Assembly: GCA_032718475.1 (NCBI GenBank)
Contig: JAUCBJ010009049.1
Span: 7,460-71,459, forward strand
DNA: 64,000 nt
Reading direction: 5' to 3'
DNA from: Nemertoderma westbladi
Taxonomy: Eukaryota; Animalia; Xenacoelomorpha
The notes under the pieces were generated by a model. It was not told where the DNA came from. It saw only the letters and a list, made by a program, of their open reading frames with translations, and searched no databases. Shown here one piece after another: positions 15,137 through 25,674 of this stretch (its first letter is position 1; every line of letters begins with the position of its first letter). A program made the translations under genes and the position numbers.

Positions 15137-16388
15137 TTCCACATCCTTCTTTCTTTTGCGGAGGATGTAGCAGACTTATCGGTTGCGACGGACTCCCGTC
15201 GCCCCTCTGTCCTACCAACTTTCCCCCGCCTCCCGGAACTTTCTTCAACCGACGAGACCGAATCCTCGGAGTTAACCTCAGATTCGCCCTCCTGCGGTCT
15301 CCTCCAACCCACTAATTTTACACCATGGGCATCGACTAAGTATGGCCCTATGTACAATCTTACACCCCTACACTCCCTTAAATCTGACAGTCCGTTGGCA
15401 ACCCCCCTCGCTCTCTCCTCGGCTAGTTCTCTCTGCCCAGAACACACTAGGTGATCAAAGTATCTGTTTGACTCACCTAGTCCTTTTGTCATCTTTACCT
15501 CGTCTATCCTCGCCTCCTCCTTAGCCTCCTTTAGTAGTTCCTGGGTCGCATTGTAGGCCTGTCGAAGTCGATCGGAAACCCCGACGTCCACGTCGCCAAC
15601 CTCTCCTCCATCTCTCCGGGTCCGACGTCGTACCGGCGGCCTCACCATCGCCGTTCCGGTGGGCCGTCCGTTGCCCTCGGCCTGTGGCGGGCCGGCGACA
15701 TCGGTACGTCAACCGTCGTGTGTCGACTCGTCTTTCTCCTCTCCTCTCGACTCGATCTCTCTTTGTAGACGGCTCCCCTCATCTTGGATCGCCGGATCCT
15801 TCGTCGACGGATCCGGCGTCGTGGGTTGATGCCGTCTCGCCGTGGCCTCGCGGATCGTTAGATCGTCGTCCGGGGTCTGCGGCGATGTCGTCTTTCCTTC
15901 TCTACTCATCTTCGTCTTTGGTGGCTGGCAGCCACAGTCTGTCAGGGCAGTTGGTTGGATCTAGTTCTATCACTGTGACGGGATCTACGGATCCCGGTTT
16001 ATCCGTTTGGGTTTTCTATCTACGTGTCCCCGCCGTGTATATGAAAAGGTTCGTTAAGAGTTCTGATGTTCGGTAATATGTATAAAGGTATAATATAGTT
16101 GATATAGCACAGTTGAATGGATGACACGGTTACCGGTAGATAAGTATTACATGTGATGGCGGTAGCGGACGGTGATAGAAGTCACCGTTCCACCCTACTG
16201 AACTGACTGAGTAGACTGAATGAATGCTGCATCGACCGGTAATATATATATTGCACGGGTTTGGCCGTTGTTACTGTACCCAGTCAATGCTGTCCCCCCA
16301 TTGGCTAATATCCCTGTTGGCGCCCTTTGGAGTGTTTCCGTTCACCCCAGCTATTCTCTCTCTGTCAGGGGAGTAACCCCTGACCCTT
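15137..16388 (-). mobile_element. Foreign ~1.25-kb segment, probably the 5' end (promoter plus first ORF) of an unrelated retroelement, replacing the start of A1 ORF3
   Basis: Alignment to A2 stops after GGGGTA (15136) and resumes at ATTGTTTAGAGAAACGTAAA. On the minus strand: terminal hairpin GTCAGGGG-TTACT-CCCCTGAC, CCAAT, TATATATA, TCAGT Inr-like motifs, then R/S/E-rich ORFs (15909-15709 and 15648 downward). Confidence 0.55.
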
Positions 16389-18027
16389 ATTGTTTAGAGA
16401 AACGTAAATTACAGCAACAAGTCCAATCGGTGAAGGAGTTGGCCTTGCCACAGTTCAATCAAGAAATCCAAAACCTCGAGGAAGACATCGAGCTTGGACG
16501 CACGTATTCTCTACAAGAGTTTTTAGATGAACGCCTACAGCGACAAGTTGAGGAAAACCAACTCGAGGAGAAACACACTGAAATGGATGAGAGAGAAGAA
16601 GCCTCTTTAGCACAACCCCAATCGTGACGATACAACCCCAACCGGTTGATATCAACATAAGATCACGAAATCTTATCGCTGACGCTCCTATGTTACAGCG
16701 TCCGCCAATCGAGGCCGCTCGTGTTGACGGTATACTCGTTGAACCTCCGGACAATCGAGCGGATCTTATCCGTCATATGGTGCACGATGTCAACATACGC
16801 GCTAGACCTTTACCGAACTCGTTTTATGGGATTAAAGACCACACTTATTACGTCAATCTGACTCAATATTATATGGTAAAACCTGAAGACCCGACACATA
16901 ATCTAAGGTTTCTACCGCTAATAAATCCTCTCGACCTTGTCGAACTCAAACAATTGCAGAAACATCTGGATCAGTTAGTGAAAGTAAACTCTTTCAGAAA
17001 ACCATACAACGTTTCTAGAATCGAGAAGGATACAACACCTCCGTATAATCTCGATGGATTTATTAAAACTCGATTAGTCCATTGGAATCTCGACGTATTA
17101 TTCGAAGAAGAGAGAATACAAAGATATGGAAATGTGGAGACGTATACCACTCAGTACCTGAAGTATAGTGATCTCCCTGACGCTAGCCAATGCGCCACTT
17201 TGTGGCATCCAGTAGGGATGACCCTAGAGAACGCCACCAAAGAGTGGAACAAAACTCTTAATGTCATTGAAATGTATGGAGTTGTCACCTATGATAACGA
17301 AGGTAGCGTTCCGGTCGGAGAATTAGGAACTACGCGCATGATACATATACGAGGATTAGCTGGTTCTACCCACGTGTTTACTCGAGCGTGTTCCGACGTG
17401 ATTGATTATTCTTTTGAGACTCTCACCGAAATACAAAAGAATCTCCGACATGGACAATTCGAACTCGCGCAGCGTTATGTCATTGACACCGAGCGCAAAC
17501 CGGCCATGGGTATCGATGGATCGATGTTACCCCAGCCCGTGCTCGAGATGTTGTTCAACGAAAGAATCCTTAAAATCGGCTCAGCTGTTTATGGAGATCT
17601 CCAAAACGACTTTCGGAATATGGAAAATATCCCATATCCTTTCGTGGATACTCAGCTGATTGCTCCCTGGGCAGAAGGCCGAGGTTTCTTCCGCACCATG
17701 TATGCCAATACGTCCAGCAGCATCACTAAAGTACAACGAACTTCCATCGGACATCTTGCCTTTCAGGAATACGGATGGAATTTCAAAGTCAGAAATCCTA
17801 TCAACTATCAACAAGTATATGGAGACCATTATTCTCGATTATACTTTGACGGACCATTGACCGCACCTGGTGTCGTGTATAGCTTCATGAGTGTTCCACT
17901 TCGTCCCTCCCTGGCTATATACACGATCTTTGAAAACACCGCACTTGCCGGTTGGCTAGCCGATGTGTGCAGTCGTACTATACGCGCCCATCCATTAATA
18001 CTTGAAACCAAACTCGCTAAGCTAGAT
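16389..18027 (+). pseudogene. A1 ORF3 fragment containing the DEDDy-type 3'-5' exonuclease domain
   Basis: ORFs 16220-16627 and 16624-gap. Motifs VVTYDNEG, LPQPVLEMLFNERILKIGSAVYGDL, FVDTQ, SIGHLA and IYTIFEN. Nearly identical to A2 ORF3. Confidence 0.82.
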
Positions 18028-18127
18028 NNNNNNNNNNNNNNNNNNNNNNNNNNNNNNNNNNNNNNNNNNNNNNNNNNNNNNNNNNNNNNNNNNNNNNNNN
18101 NNNNNNNNNNNNNNNNNNNNNNNNNNN
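18028..18127. other. Assembly gap (100 N)
   Basis: Run of N. Confidence 1.
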
Positions 18128-20010
18128 ATTGAAAATTCTATCTAGTAAAAATAAAAAAGCATTATTTAAATACGCTAAGAGCCGTACAACAAATCGTAGC
18201 TCTATAGCCCCCTTAAAGAAAAAGGATGGTTCCCTAGCAACCACTGACAAAGAAAAATGTGATTCAATACTCATCTGTCGGTAATGTAGATAATGGTGAA
18301 TTTCTTGTATTTAACCAGCAAACTGACGAAACTTTTGACATTCATTGCATTTCTGAATCTAAAGTTATTGATATCCTTGCTAAATTACAGTATAAATTTG
18401 GAGATACGCCAGACGACATTCCTGTTGCTACCTTAAAAATATTTAGATTTGAATTATGTTATCCATTGTGCATATTATTTAATGAATCACTCTTAACTGG
18501 TGCATTACCGAAGTGTTGGAAACAGGCCGATATTACATCTGTCTACAAAAAAGGCGATGCGTCCATTGGTGCTAATTATCGCCCTATTTCCATCACTTCT
18601 TCAGTCTGTCGTGTTCTAGTACAAATCATAGTTCATGAAATGTCGGGTTTTTTAAAAAGGAACAATTTAATAACAGATGAACAATACGGATTTATTAAGG
18701 GCCGTAGCACTACCACTCAACTTTTAGACTGCACCTATAATTGGGCAACTGCCCTTAATGCAAAATGTTTTACTGATGTAGTATACACAGACTATGCCAA
18801 GGCATTTGACTCTGTTGTGCCTAGTAAATTGTTACTTAAACTTAAATGTTATGGAATTACAGGTAATTTGCATCGCTGGTTTGCCAGCTATTTAACTGAT
18901 CGTGTTCAGCGAGTGAAAATAGGTGAAAGCTTTTCTAATTTTCACAAAGTTATATCGGGTGTAGCACAGGGTTCGTGTGTCGGTCCCCTATTATTTATTA
19001 TTTTCATTAATGATATGCCTACGCACCTTTCCGGTATTAATTCCAGGCTCTTTGCTGACGATACCAAGATATTTTGTGCTTTTCGTAATATTGATAACCG
19101 TATATTACTGCAGAAAAATCTTGATATTTTTTCCAGTTGGTCTAGTGATTGGCAGTTGAATTTAGAAGAAACAAAATGTAAAAGCCTCACCCTTGGTAAT
19201 GTAGCTATGCCTTCATCATATAGAATTAATGATACGCAACTTGCAAATGTTAATTCGTATCGCAATCTTGGAGTGATTGTGTATAAGGATCTTAAATTTA
19301 CAGAACATGTAATGACTATTACATCCTCTGCTTATCGGTCTATAAATAAAATATTTCGATGCTTTTTAACTTCTAACGTTCAGGCATTATTATGTGCATA
19401 TACAGCGTTTGTTAGACCCATTCTAGAGTACGCTAGCTGTGTCTGGAACCCATTTTATTCTGGCGCGCCATTTCTCGGCCTTACTGACAAAATTGAAGCG
19501 ACTCAACGTTATTTCACTCGTAGACTATTCTATGGGTGTAAGTTGGATTGTGACATGTGTTATGTAGATAGGCTTTCATTTTTAAATTTGCAACCGCTGG
19601 AAATACGTAGGATCCATATTGATTTGGTGTACACTTATAAAATAATGCATAATCTTTTAGACCTTGATCCTGAAAAATACCGATGATATTGTTACCAGTA
19701 TTTCTGTGGAGCAATTTAAACTAAAATTATTGAATGCGATCTCACTAAATACTGCAATTTTAATAGGAATTTGTAACTTGTTTCGTTGTAAATTTTTATT
19801 TCCTTTAAATACTTTGTGCAATGCGTTGCATATTTAATATTAATTGATATTTACTTAAGCTAGAGTATCAGTCGCCTCGTTTACCGTGTTAACCTTTTTA
19901 CTTTTGTCCTGGTCGGTACATTGTGCCTTTTATTGTGATTTTTAATGTTGTCTGTGCGCTACTCTAACTGGAGTTATCTCCGAATAATATATCTTATCTT
20001 ATCTTATCTT
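18128..20010 (+). mobile_element. 3' part of a CR1-clade non-LTR retrotransposon ending in an (ATCTT)n tail
   Basis: RT ORF followed by a 3' UTR and the tail ATCTTATCTTATCTTATCTT at ~19991-20010. Confidence 0.85.
18259..19686 (+). CDS. LINE ORF2 reverse transcriptase (5'-truncated, CR1-like)
   Basis: Motifs NYRPISITS, QYGFIKGRST, YTDYAKAFDSV, SGVAQGSCVGPLLFIIFIND, FADDTK and FVRPILEYASCVWNP. Confidence 0.9.
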   Translation: MIQYSSVGNVDNGEFLVFNQQTDETFDIHCISESKVIDILAKLQYKFGDTPDDIPVATLKIFRFELCYPLCILFNESLLTGALPKCWKQADITSVYKKGDASIGANYRPISITSSVCRVLVQIIVHEMSGFLKRNNLITDEQYGFIKGRSTTTQLLDCTYNWATALNAKCFTDVVYTDYAKAFDSVVPSKLLLKLKCYGITGNLHRWFASYLTDRVQRVKIGESFSNFHKVISGVAQGSCVGPLLFIIFINDMPTHLSGINSRLFADDTKIFCAFRNIDNRILLQKNLDIFSSWSSDWQLNLEETKCKSLTLGNVAMPSSYRINDTQLANVNSYRNLGVIVYKDLKFTEHVMTITSSAYRSINKIFRCFLTSNVQALLCAYTAFVRPILEYASCVWNPFYSGAPFLGLTDKIEATQRYFTRRLFYGCKLDCDMCYVDRLSFLNLQPLEIRRIHIDLVYTYKIMHNLLDLDPEKYR

Positions 20011-20509
20011 AAACCTATTTCTGAAACTCTGATGACTAAATACTTGGGGCTGTAGATTGATTCTGACATGTCTTGGAAAACACAAACTAACTATATAGTA
20101 TATACACAAAAAAATATCAAAATCCATTGGAATATTTTACAAGTTACGTTATGTCCTTCCGCGGCAAATATTGCGTATGCTTTATTTTACATTAATCCAC
20201 CCTTACATCTTTTTTATGCTCTTATAGTTTGGGGTAACACATCATTCTTTCATTCACCCACTCAAGGTGTGTGTTAATAAAGTACTAAGAGATATATTTT
20301 CCGACTCCCGATCCTCAGCTACTCAACTTTACAAAGAACTATGGATTCTACCAATTGAAAAGTTATACATACAGCAAGCCATGCAAGTAGCTACGGTAAT
20401 GTTTGATATATCCAACAATCCCGGCAATTCAAGTCTCTCTAATTTATTTTCAAAGGTCTCTGACATTCACCCATATAATACGAGAGCGACATGACAACAT
20501 CGAAAAATT
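20011..20509 (+). pseudogene. Older L2/Crack-like LINE ORF2 C-terminal fragment (left part)
   Basis: Degenerate KYLGL.IDSDMSWKTQ, Y...VWGNT, LYKELWILPIEKLY and HPYNTRA motifs. It continues into the first satellite unit (NYYLPNVRLVVAHRS). Confidence 0.75.
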
Positions 20510-21411
20510 ACTATCTCCCTAATGTCCGTCTCGTTGTTGCTCATCGCTCTTTACTATCTCCCTAATGTCCGTCTCGTTGTCGCTCATTGTTCTTTACTAT
20601 CTCCCTAATGTCCGTCTCGTTGTTGCTCATCGCTCTTTACTATCTCCCTAATGTCCGTCTCGTTGTTGCTCATCGCTCTTTACTATCTCCCTAATGTCCG
20701 TCTCATTGTCGCTCATCGCTCTTAACTATCTCCCTAATGTCCATCTCATTGTCGCTCATCGCTCTTTACTACCTCCCTAATGTCTGTCTCATTCTTGCTC
20801 ATCGCTCTTTACTATCTCCCTAATGTCCGTCTCGTTGTCGCCCATTGCTCTTTACTATCTCCCTAATGTCCGTCTTGTTGTCGCTCATCGCTCTTTACTA
20901 TCTCCCTAATGTCTGTCTCGTTGTCGCTCATCGATCTTTACTATCTCCCTTATGTCCGTCTCGTTGTCGCTCATCGCTCTTTACTACCTCCCTAATGTCC
21001 GTCTCGTTGTCGCTCATTGCTCTTTACTATCTCCCTAATGTCTGTCTCGTTGTCGCTCATCGCTCTTTACTACCTCCCTAATGTCCGTCTCGTTGTCGCT
21101 CATCGCTCTTTACTACCTCCCTTATGTCCATCATGTTGACGCTCGTCGCTCTTTACTATCTCCCTAATGTCCGTCTCGTTGTCGCTCATTGCTCTTTACT
21201 ATCTCCCTTATGTCCATCTCGTTGTCGCTCATCGCTCTTTACTATCTCCCTTATGTCCATCTCATTGTCGCTCATCGCTCTTTACTATCTCCCTAATGTC
21301 CGTCTCATTGTCGCTCATCGCTCTTTACTATCTCCCTTATGTCCGTCTCATTGTTGCTCATCGCTCTTTACTATCTCCCTTATGTCCGTCTCATTGTCGC
21401 TCATCGCTCTT
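20510..21411 (+). repeat. 43-bp minisatellite, left arm (~21 units)
   Basis: Unit ACTATCTCCCTAATGTCCGTCTCGTTGTCGCTCATCGCTCTTT. Confidence 0.97.
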
Positions 21412-23288
21412 TGTTGTGTCCCCTACGGTAAGGACTACCCGACAGCCTACAAATCTACTAATCAAGCTATAGGATATCTCTAACCGTAGAGTCCAGTAGT
21501 ATACCGCTTACCAGATCCTAGTAACGATGTATCTTACTATGAGACTCTAGTAATGAAACGGGCTCGTACAGTATCTGACAACAAATCCCAGTCCAGGATA
21601 TCTAAACAAACAGACACAATACACAAACTACTACTGGCGAGGAGCAGAGCCTGGTGTCTATTCTATGTACGCGAGTGGGTCTAATGCCTATGAACTAGAC
21701 AGAAGGATACCTGTCCTCTAACCGGTATGGCAGATGTACAGTTACAGTAACAGACCAAACTCACGGGAAAACAATCCCCGCGCAGCGAATCCTAACTATC
21801 GCTGACAGTCCTAAATACCGTAACTTGCCGCGGTGTGATTTATATGGTTTATATACGAGCTAGGTGGAACACAGCCCTAGCGTAACAATACTGATTACCC
21901 TTGTCTGAATCAGCCTAAGAATGGTCGTGCCTAAATGTCGTGCATAACTGATGCCCTGTACGAAATCAGTCTAAAAGGGTCGTGTCTAACGTACTATACT
22001 GCTGGGTAGAAAACAACAGTTTAATAACGAATAATGAAATACAGAAAATCCTCCCCTTTTGCCGTAACTAAATATCAGATCCTAATTCTACAAATACAGA
22101 TAAATTCTGCCTAAATCTAAAGTGCGCTATCTAGTAGGAACTCTAAGGGTAAATATGTTTTAGGGCGTGTGTGTGTGGGTGTGTTACAAATAAAACAATT
22201 TTGGTGAACGTCGTTTCACTAGGTTTTAGTGATTTCCTGACTAAAATAATACCGAGCGCTAGCTACTAAAATAAACTAGTCGCGTTTGTAGAACTTTATA
22301 CTCACAAAATGACGTCAAAGCTCTTTCCTTCCTATCCACAACTCAACTGGGCAACCACGGTGTTAGTAACTACACCCGTGATCGGCACAAATACCAGATT
22401 CTGGTTGTAAGATAAGAAATAGGGATTAATTGCTACCGTAAGTTAGCTGATCTGGTATACAAATTTGATTCTAGAATTTTGTTGCTGCGGTAGTTAGCAG
22501 CAAATACCTATCAGTACGTGGCAAGGCGCGGTAGGATATTAATAAACCTCCCTAGGCCAAGCGGTGTGCCGGTAGCTGAAATGCTCCTTGCCTGATCAAA
22601 TAACTAACTCCAGGAGGAAGGGGGGGGGGGGGGTACTAATGTATGTTCACAAAGCGAACCGGTACCAAACAGTCAGTACTAACAAATCACTAAATTATGG
22701 AACGTATGCTGTCCGTACCTAATATGTACTTGCGTACTGACGAACGGCAATAGCTCACGTTTGTACCTGTAACGCATATAGGTGTTCCAAGGGTTTGTAG
22801 GGCTGACAAGAAAAGGGGGGGGGGGGGTTTCTGCCTGAAATATAATTATTTGATCCTAAATTTTGCGGCGTGCCAGAACGGCATCACGCTCACCCTGATC
22901 TATAGGTCTTACGGCGGGCAAGGGCGTCGAACAAAGTCTTACCTTCCTCATAAAGCGGGCGCTGCATGGCAAGTCGGAGTATTTCGAAGGGCGAAGGGGG
23001 TGTGCGGTCGAACTAATGTGGGCGCTAGCGTGTTGTGGACATCCCTTCCCTGCGTTGCTGACGGCCTAACTGTTTAGGCTGAAATCCTCCCGATGTTTGG
23101 CTGTCCCGAAGTCGGACCAAAAGAAAACATGTTCAGGAGTTTGCAGTATATTTACAGTTTAGATTCGAGCAAAGATTATCTAACAGAGTTTCAACAAGAA
23201 ACCAAAAAGTAATAAAACTAAAAGAGTAACGTTAGGGATAAAGTATCCAGTCAAGAATGATAGGTGATAACCGAAGGCAAACCAGCCC

Positions 23289-23532
23289 TTATATACTAAA
23301 TATCGCACATGGAAACCAAACAGAATTTTTCACAGCTTCACAATTGAGCAATGAGACGCTCTGTGCCCTATGATTGGCCCAGCTCATCGTTCAATGTTAA
23401 CCGGCCCTTACACTAATCTGGGACACGGAATCCTAGCAGAAATTTTCATAGCCTCACATTTGAGCAATAAGATAATTTATGGCCTATGATTGGCCTGGCT
23501 CATCTTTTGATACGTTGTACGCATCTCATTGG
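23289..23532 (-). promoter_or_regulatory. Putative LTR U3 Pol II promoter: three CCAAT boxes (two in a ~120-bp duplication) and TATATAA
   Basis: Plus-strand ATTGG at 23373, 23489 and 23528; TTATATA at 23289-23295. The same motifs occur in the 5' LTR. Confidence 0.55.
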
Positions 23533-23568
23533 TCCACCAATTTGCTCCAAATGAAAATAAATGGCCCC

Positions 23569-23651
23569 AAAATACAAATTTCCCGACCGGGAATCGAACA
23601 CGTAACCTATCTGTAATGCAACCAACGCCTTAACCATCTGACCACTACGCC
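23569..23651 (-). ncRNA. tRNA-derived / SINE-head-like Pol III cassette in the B LTR (second copy 59213-59295)
   Basis: Sense sequence GGCGTAG-TGGTCAGATGG (A box)-TTAAGGCG...GTTCGATTC (B box)-CCGGTCGGGAAATTTGTA-TTTT (terminator). The 3' half resembles tRNA-Glu/Gly. It has no acceptor stem, so it is not a functional tRNA. Confidence 0.6.
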
Positions 23652-23795
23652 ACGAGAGTAACTAGGGGCTTTATGTGTACAATATGAATAGGCAATATTA
23701 CATTACTGTAACTTAATCAAAATGCGTCGGATTTTCGAAAGTTTTTACGTTAAAGTTAAACTACAAATGCTATCTTATAGTGAAATAATTCATCA

Positions 23796-23803
23796 CCGCT
23801 CCA
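23796..23803 (-). promoter_or_regulatory. Short polypurine tract of B2 (TGGAGCGG)
   Basis: Abuts the 3' LTR. The same GGAGCGG core abuts the A2 3' LTR. Confidence 0.65.
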
Positions 23804-24657
23804 TGAAAACAGTAAGTAGGACTGTTTTCACCAATCGAAATACGAACTTATTTACAAATATTTCTAAATCTACTGGTAGGGCCTAAAATATAAAATAATC
23901 ACTATCTAATTATTGCATACTTAATATTGCAGGTATGGCGTAAATACAATCCATCGTACATACAAAATACAAATTTTACTAATTAACTTTAGTACATAAA
24001 ATGCTTTCGGTTATCAAGGTAAACAAATGAAACAAATTAGATCAAACAAATTAGAACAAACAAACAAATAATTTCAATCTCTTGCAGTAAATCTTTATAT
24101 TGTAAATATACATAATAAACTTCCACCAAATTAAATCAGTTCAAATATAAAATAAACATAATGCGCTAATAATTTCCAAATAAGTATTAAAGTGTCCTCC
24201 TGACGAGCTGAAAAGTTCGTCCTGCTGGTCTGGATGTCTTCTCCTGAGCACTAATTGCTAACGGTAGGCTCGCAAGCCTTCCTTCTCTATCTTGCTCCTC
24301 CAAACCAACGTCCAAAACATAATGTCCAATATAAATATCCAAATATAATATCCAAATATAATATCCAAATGAAACATCCGAATATAAATATCCAAATTGG
24401 TAGGCTCGCAAGCCTTCCTTCTTCTCTCTTCCTATTCCTTTGCTGAGTGGGTCGTCCACGTCCTCTAGTGCGACTGGATGGTGGTCGAGGTCGAACTGGG
24501 CTTGGACTTCGGCGTCGAGTTGTCGGTGGTTCCAAAATGCTAGGAAATGGGACGACGGGAGTTTCGCACATCCATCGTACGCTCAATCCTCTAAATCCTC
24601 GTCCGATTCCAATCGTCAATTTAACATCGGACGAGTCTCTACAACGCTGGGAGGAAG

Positions 24658-25674
24658 TCAAAATGGTGAGACTATTCCGTCCGCTGACACCTCGCTCTCT
24701 GACGTCGTTTGAATCCTAAAGGGTTCCGGCAAAGCGTATCCTGTCCCTCCGCGTGGTTCTCTAGCAAGGGAAACTGTACCCCGAGTCATCCGGATTTGCG
24801 ATTTTGATGTCATCCTCTCGGCGACATTTACTACCATCTTTATCTCTTGTCCGGCCTTTTGGGCTTTGAGTATATGGAATTGCTGATCATCCTGTGGGTG
24901 ACGTGTCCTCTCCGCTAGTGGTGTGGCCTTGAAGCCAGTCTCACGCAAAACGTCTGTCTCGTCTAGAATACACGAGGTTACGCGTTTGTGATAAAATGCG
25001 CTCCTGTATGCCCAAGCTATCGAATGCCAGGCTCCTTGATTACGCTGTTCAACTCGCAATTTGTCGAATTCCCCGGCGGTAATCTTGTTCACCACAGTTT
25101 GAAAGTTCCAAGTGTTCTTGTTGTCGGGGTGTACCTGTAGAAAGTAGTCCCGCACAACCTTAAATCCGCTATCCAGAGGCAATATATCCAGCACCTCCAA
25201 CAATTCATCATACTGAGGCATAGCCGATACGTATCCTTTGTTTGACATTATGAGAGGGTTTACGGCCCAAAATCCCAAATGTGCTCTCATAGGAAAACGG
25301 CGTCGCTGTGTAGATACATGCTCGTCTGCTAGATCCTCCCAATGGTCGAATAGCTGTCGAACGATTTTAACTGACATGTGCTCATAGGAAACATCTCTAA
25401 GTTGACATTCAGATGCCCTATGGCCCTTAATATTACAAAACGTGCACTGCGCCACGAAACGCCAGCAAGTGTAGAAAGTGTGCGAACGTTGATCCCCACA
25501 CCAGTTACATACCAACTCCGGTAGAGATATGTGCTTCGCTCTGCATTTCTTTGCGTGGTGGCCAGTTGCCCCGCATCTGCCGCAAATAGTGTTGGCAGGG
25601 TACCAAACTTGCTCATAGATGAGATCTCCGATGGGACGAGCGCTACCGTCCACGTGATAATTCTCATCCTTCAC
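24658..25674 (-). CDS. B2 ORF3 C-terminal part: triple zinc knuckle plus a conserved helical domain (frameshifted from 25664-27757)
   Basis: Motifs CGRCGATGHHAKKC, CNWCGDQRSHTFYTC and CTFCNIKGHRASEC. HWEDLADEH...LGFWAVNP aligns with A2 AWEANADLH...EGVYAFHP. An R/P-rich tail probably continues to ~24400. Confidence 0.8.
   Translation of the reverse strand: MKDENYHVDGSARPIGDLIYEQVWYPANTICGRCGATGHHAKKCRAKHISLPELVCNWCGDQRSHTFYTCWRFVAQCTFCNIKGHRASECQLRDVSYEHMSVKIVRQLFDHWEDLADEHVSTQRRRFPMRAHLGFWAVNPLIMSNKGYVSAMPQYDELLEVLDILPLDSGFKVVRDYFLQVHPDNKNTWNFQTVVNKITAGEFDKLRVEQRNQGAWHSIAWAYRSAFYHKRVTSCILDETDVLRETGFKATPLAERTRHPQDDQQFHILKAQKAGQEIKMVVNVAERMTSKSQIRMTRGTVSLAREPRGGTGYALPEPFRIQTTSESEVSADGIVSPF

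Larger units (their letters stand above)
3451..18027 (+). mobile_element. BEL/Pao retrotransposon family A, copy 1 (A1); 3' end lost at the assembly gap
   Basis: B-family sequence stops at ...CATCTGGAAC (3450) and TGTAAAAGCTTTTGCGG begins. Colinear with A2 (LTR, long 5' UTR, gag-pol, intergenic, ORF3), with several deletions and two foreign replacements. Confidence 0.92.
21412..23795 (-). repeat. 3' LTR of B2 (2384 bp; sense TGATG...CACAACA)
   Basis: Direct repeat of 57058-59439, roughly 98% identical by manual comparison. Confidence 0.95.

Noticed and set aside
16360-16390. Helitron 3' end (hairpin)
   Set aside because: The hairpin is not followed by CTRR at the junction, and there is no A|T insertion signature.
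20510-21411. CRISPR-like array, and hydrophobic ORFs in the 43-bp repeats (also 59440-60262)
   Set aside because: Head-to-tail units with no unique spacers and no cas genes. The ORFs are translations of the repeat.
22850-23077. 75-aa ORF present in both B LTRs (also 58494-58721), and small ORFs in the A LTRs
   Set aside because: Duplication simply reflects LTR identity. Non-ATG start or no motif, and no sign of coding constraint.
23581-23651. Functional tRNA gene
   Set aside because: It has A and B boxes but no acceptor or anticodon stem pairing. Kept only as a tRNA-derived cassette.
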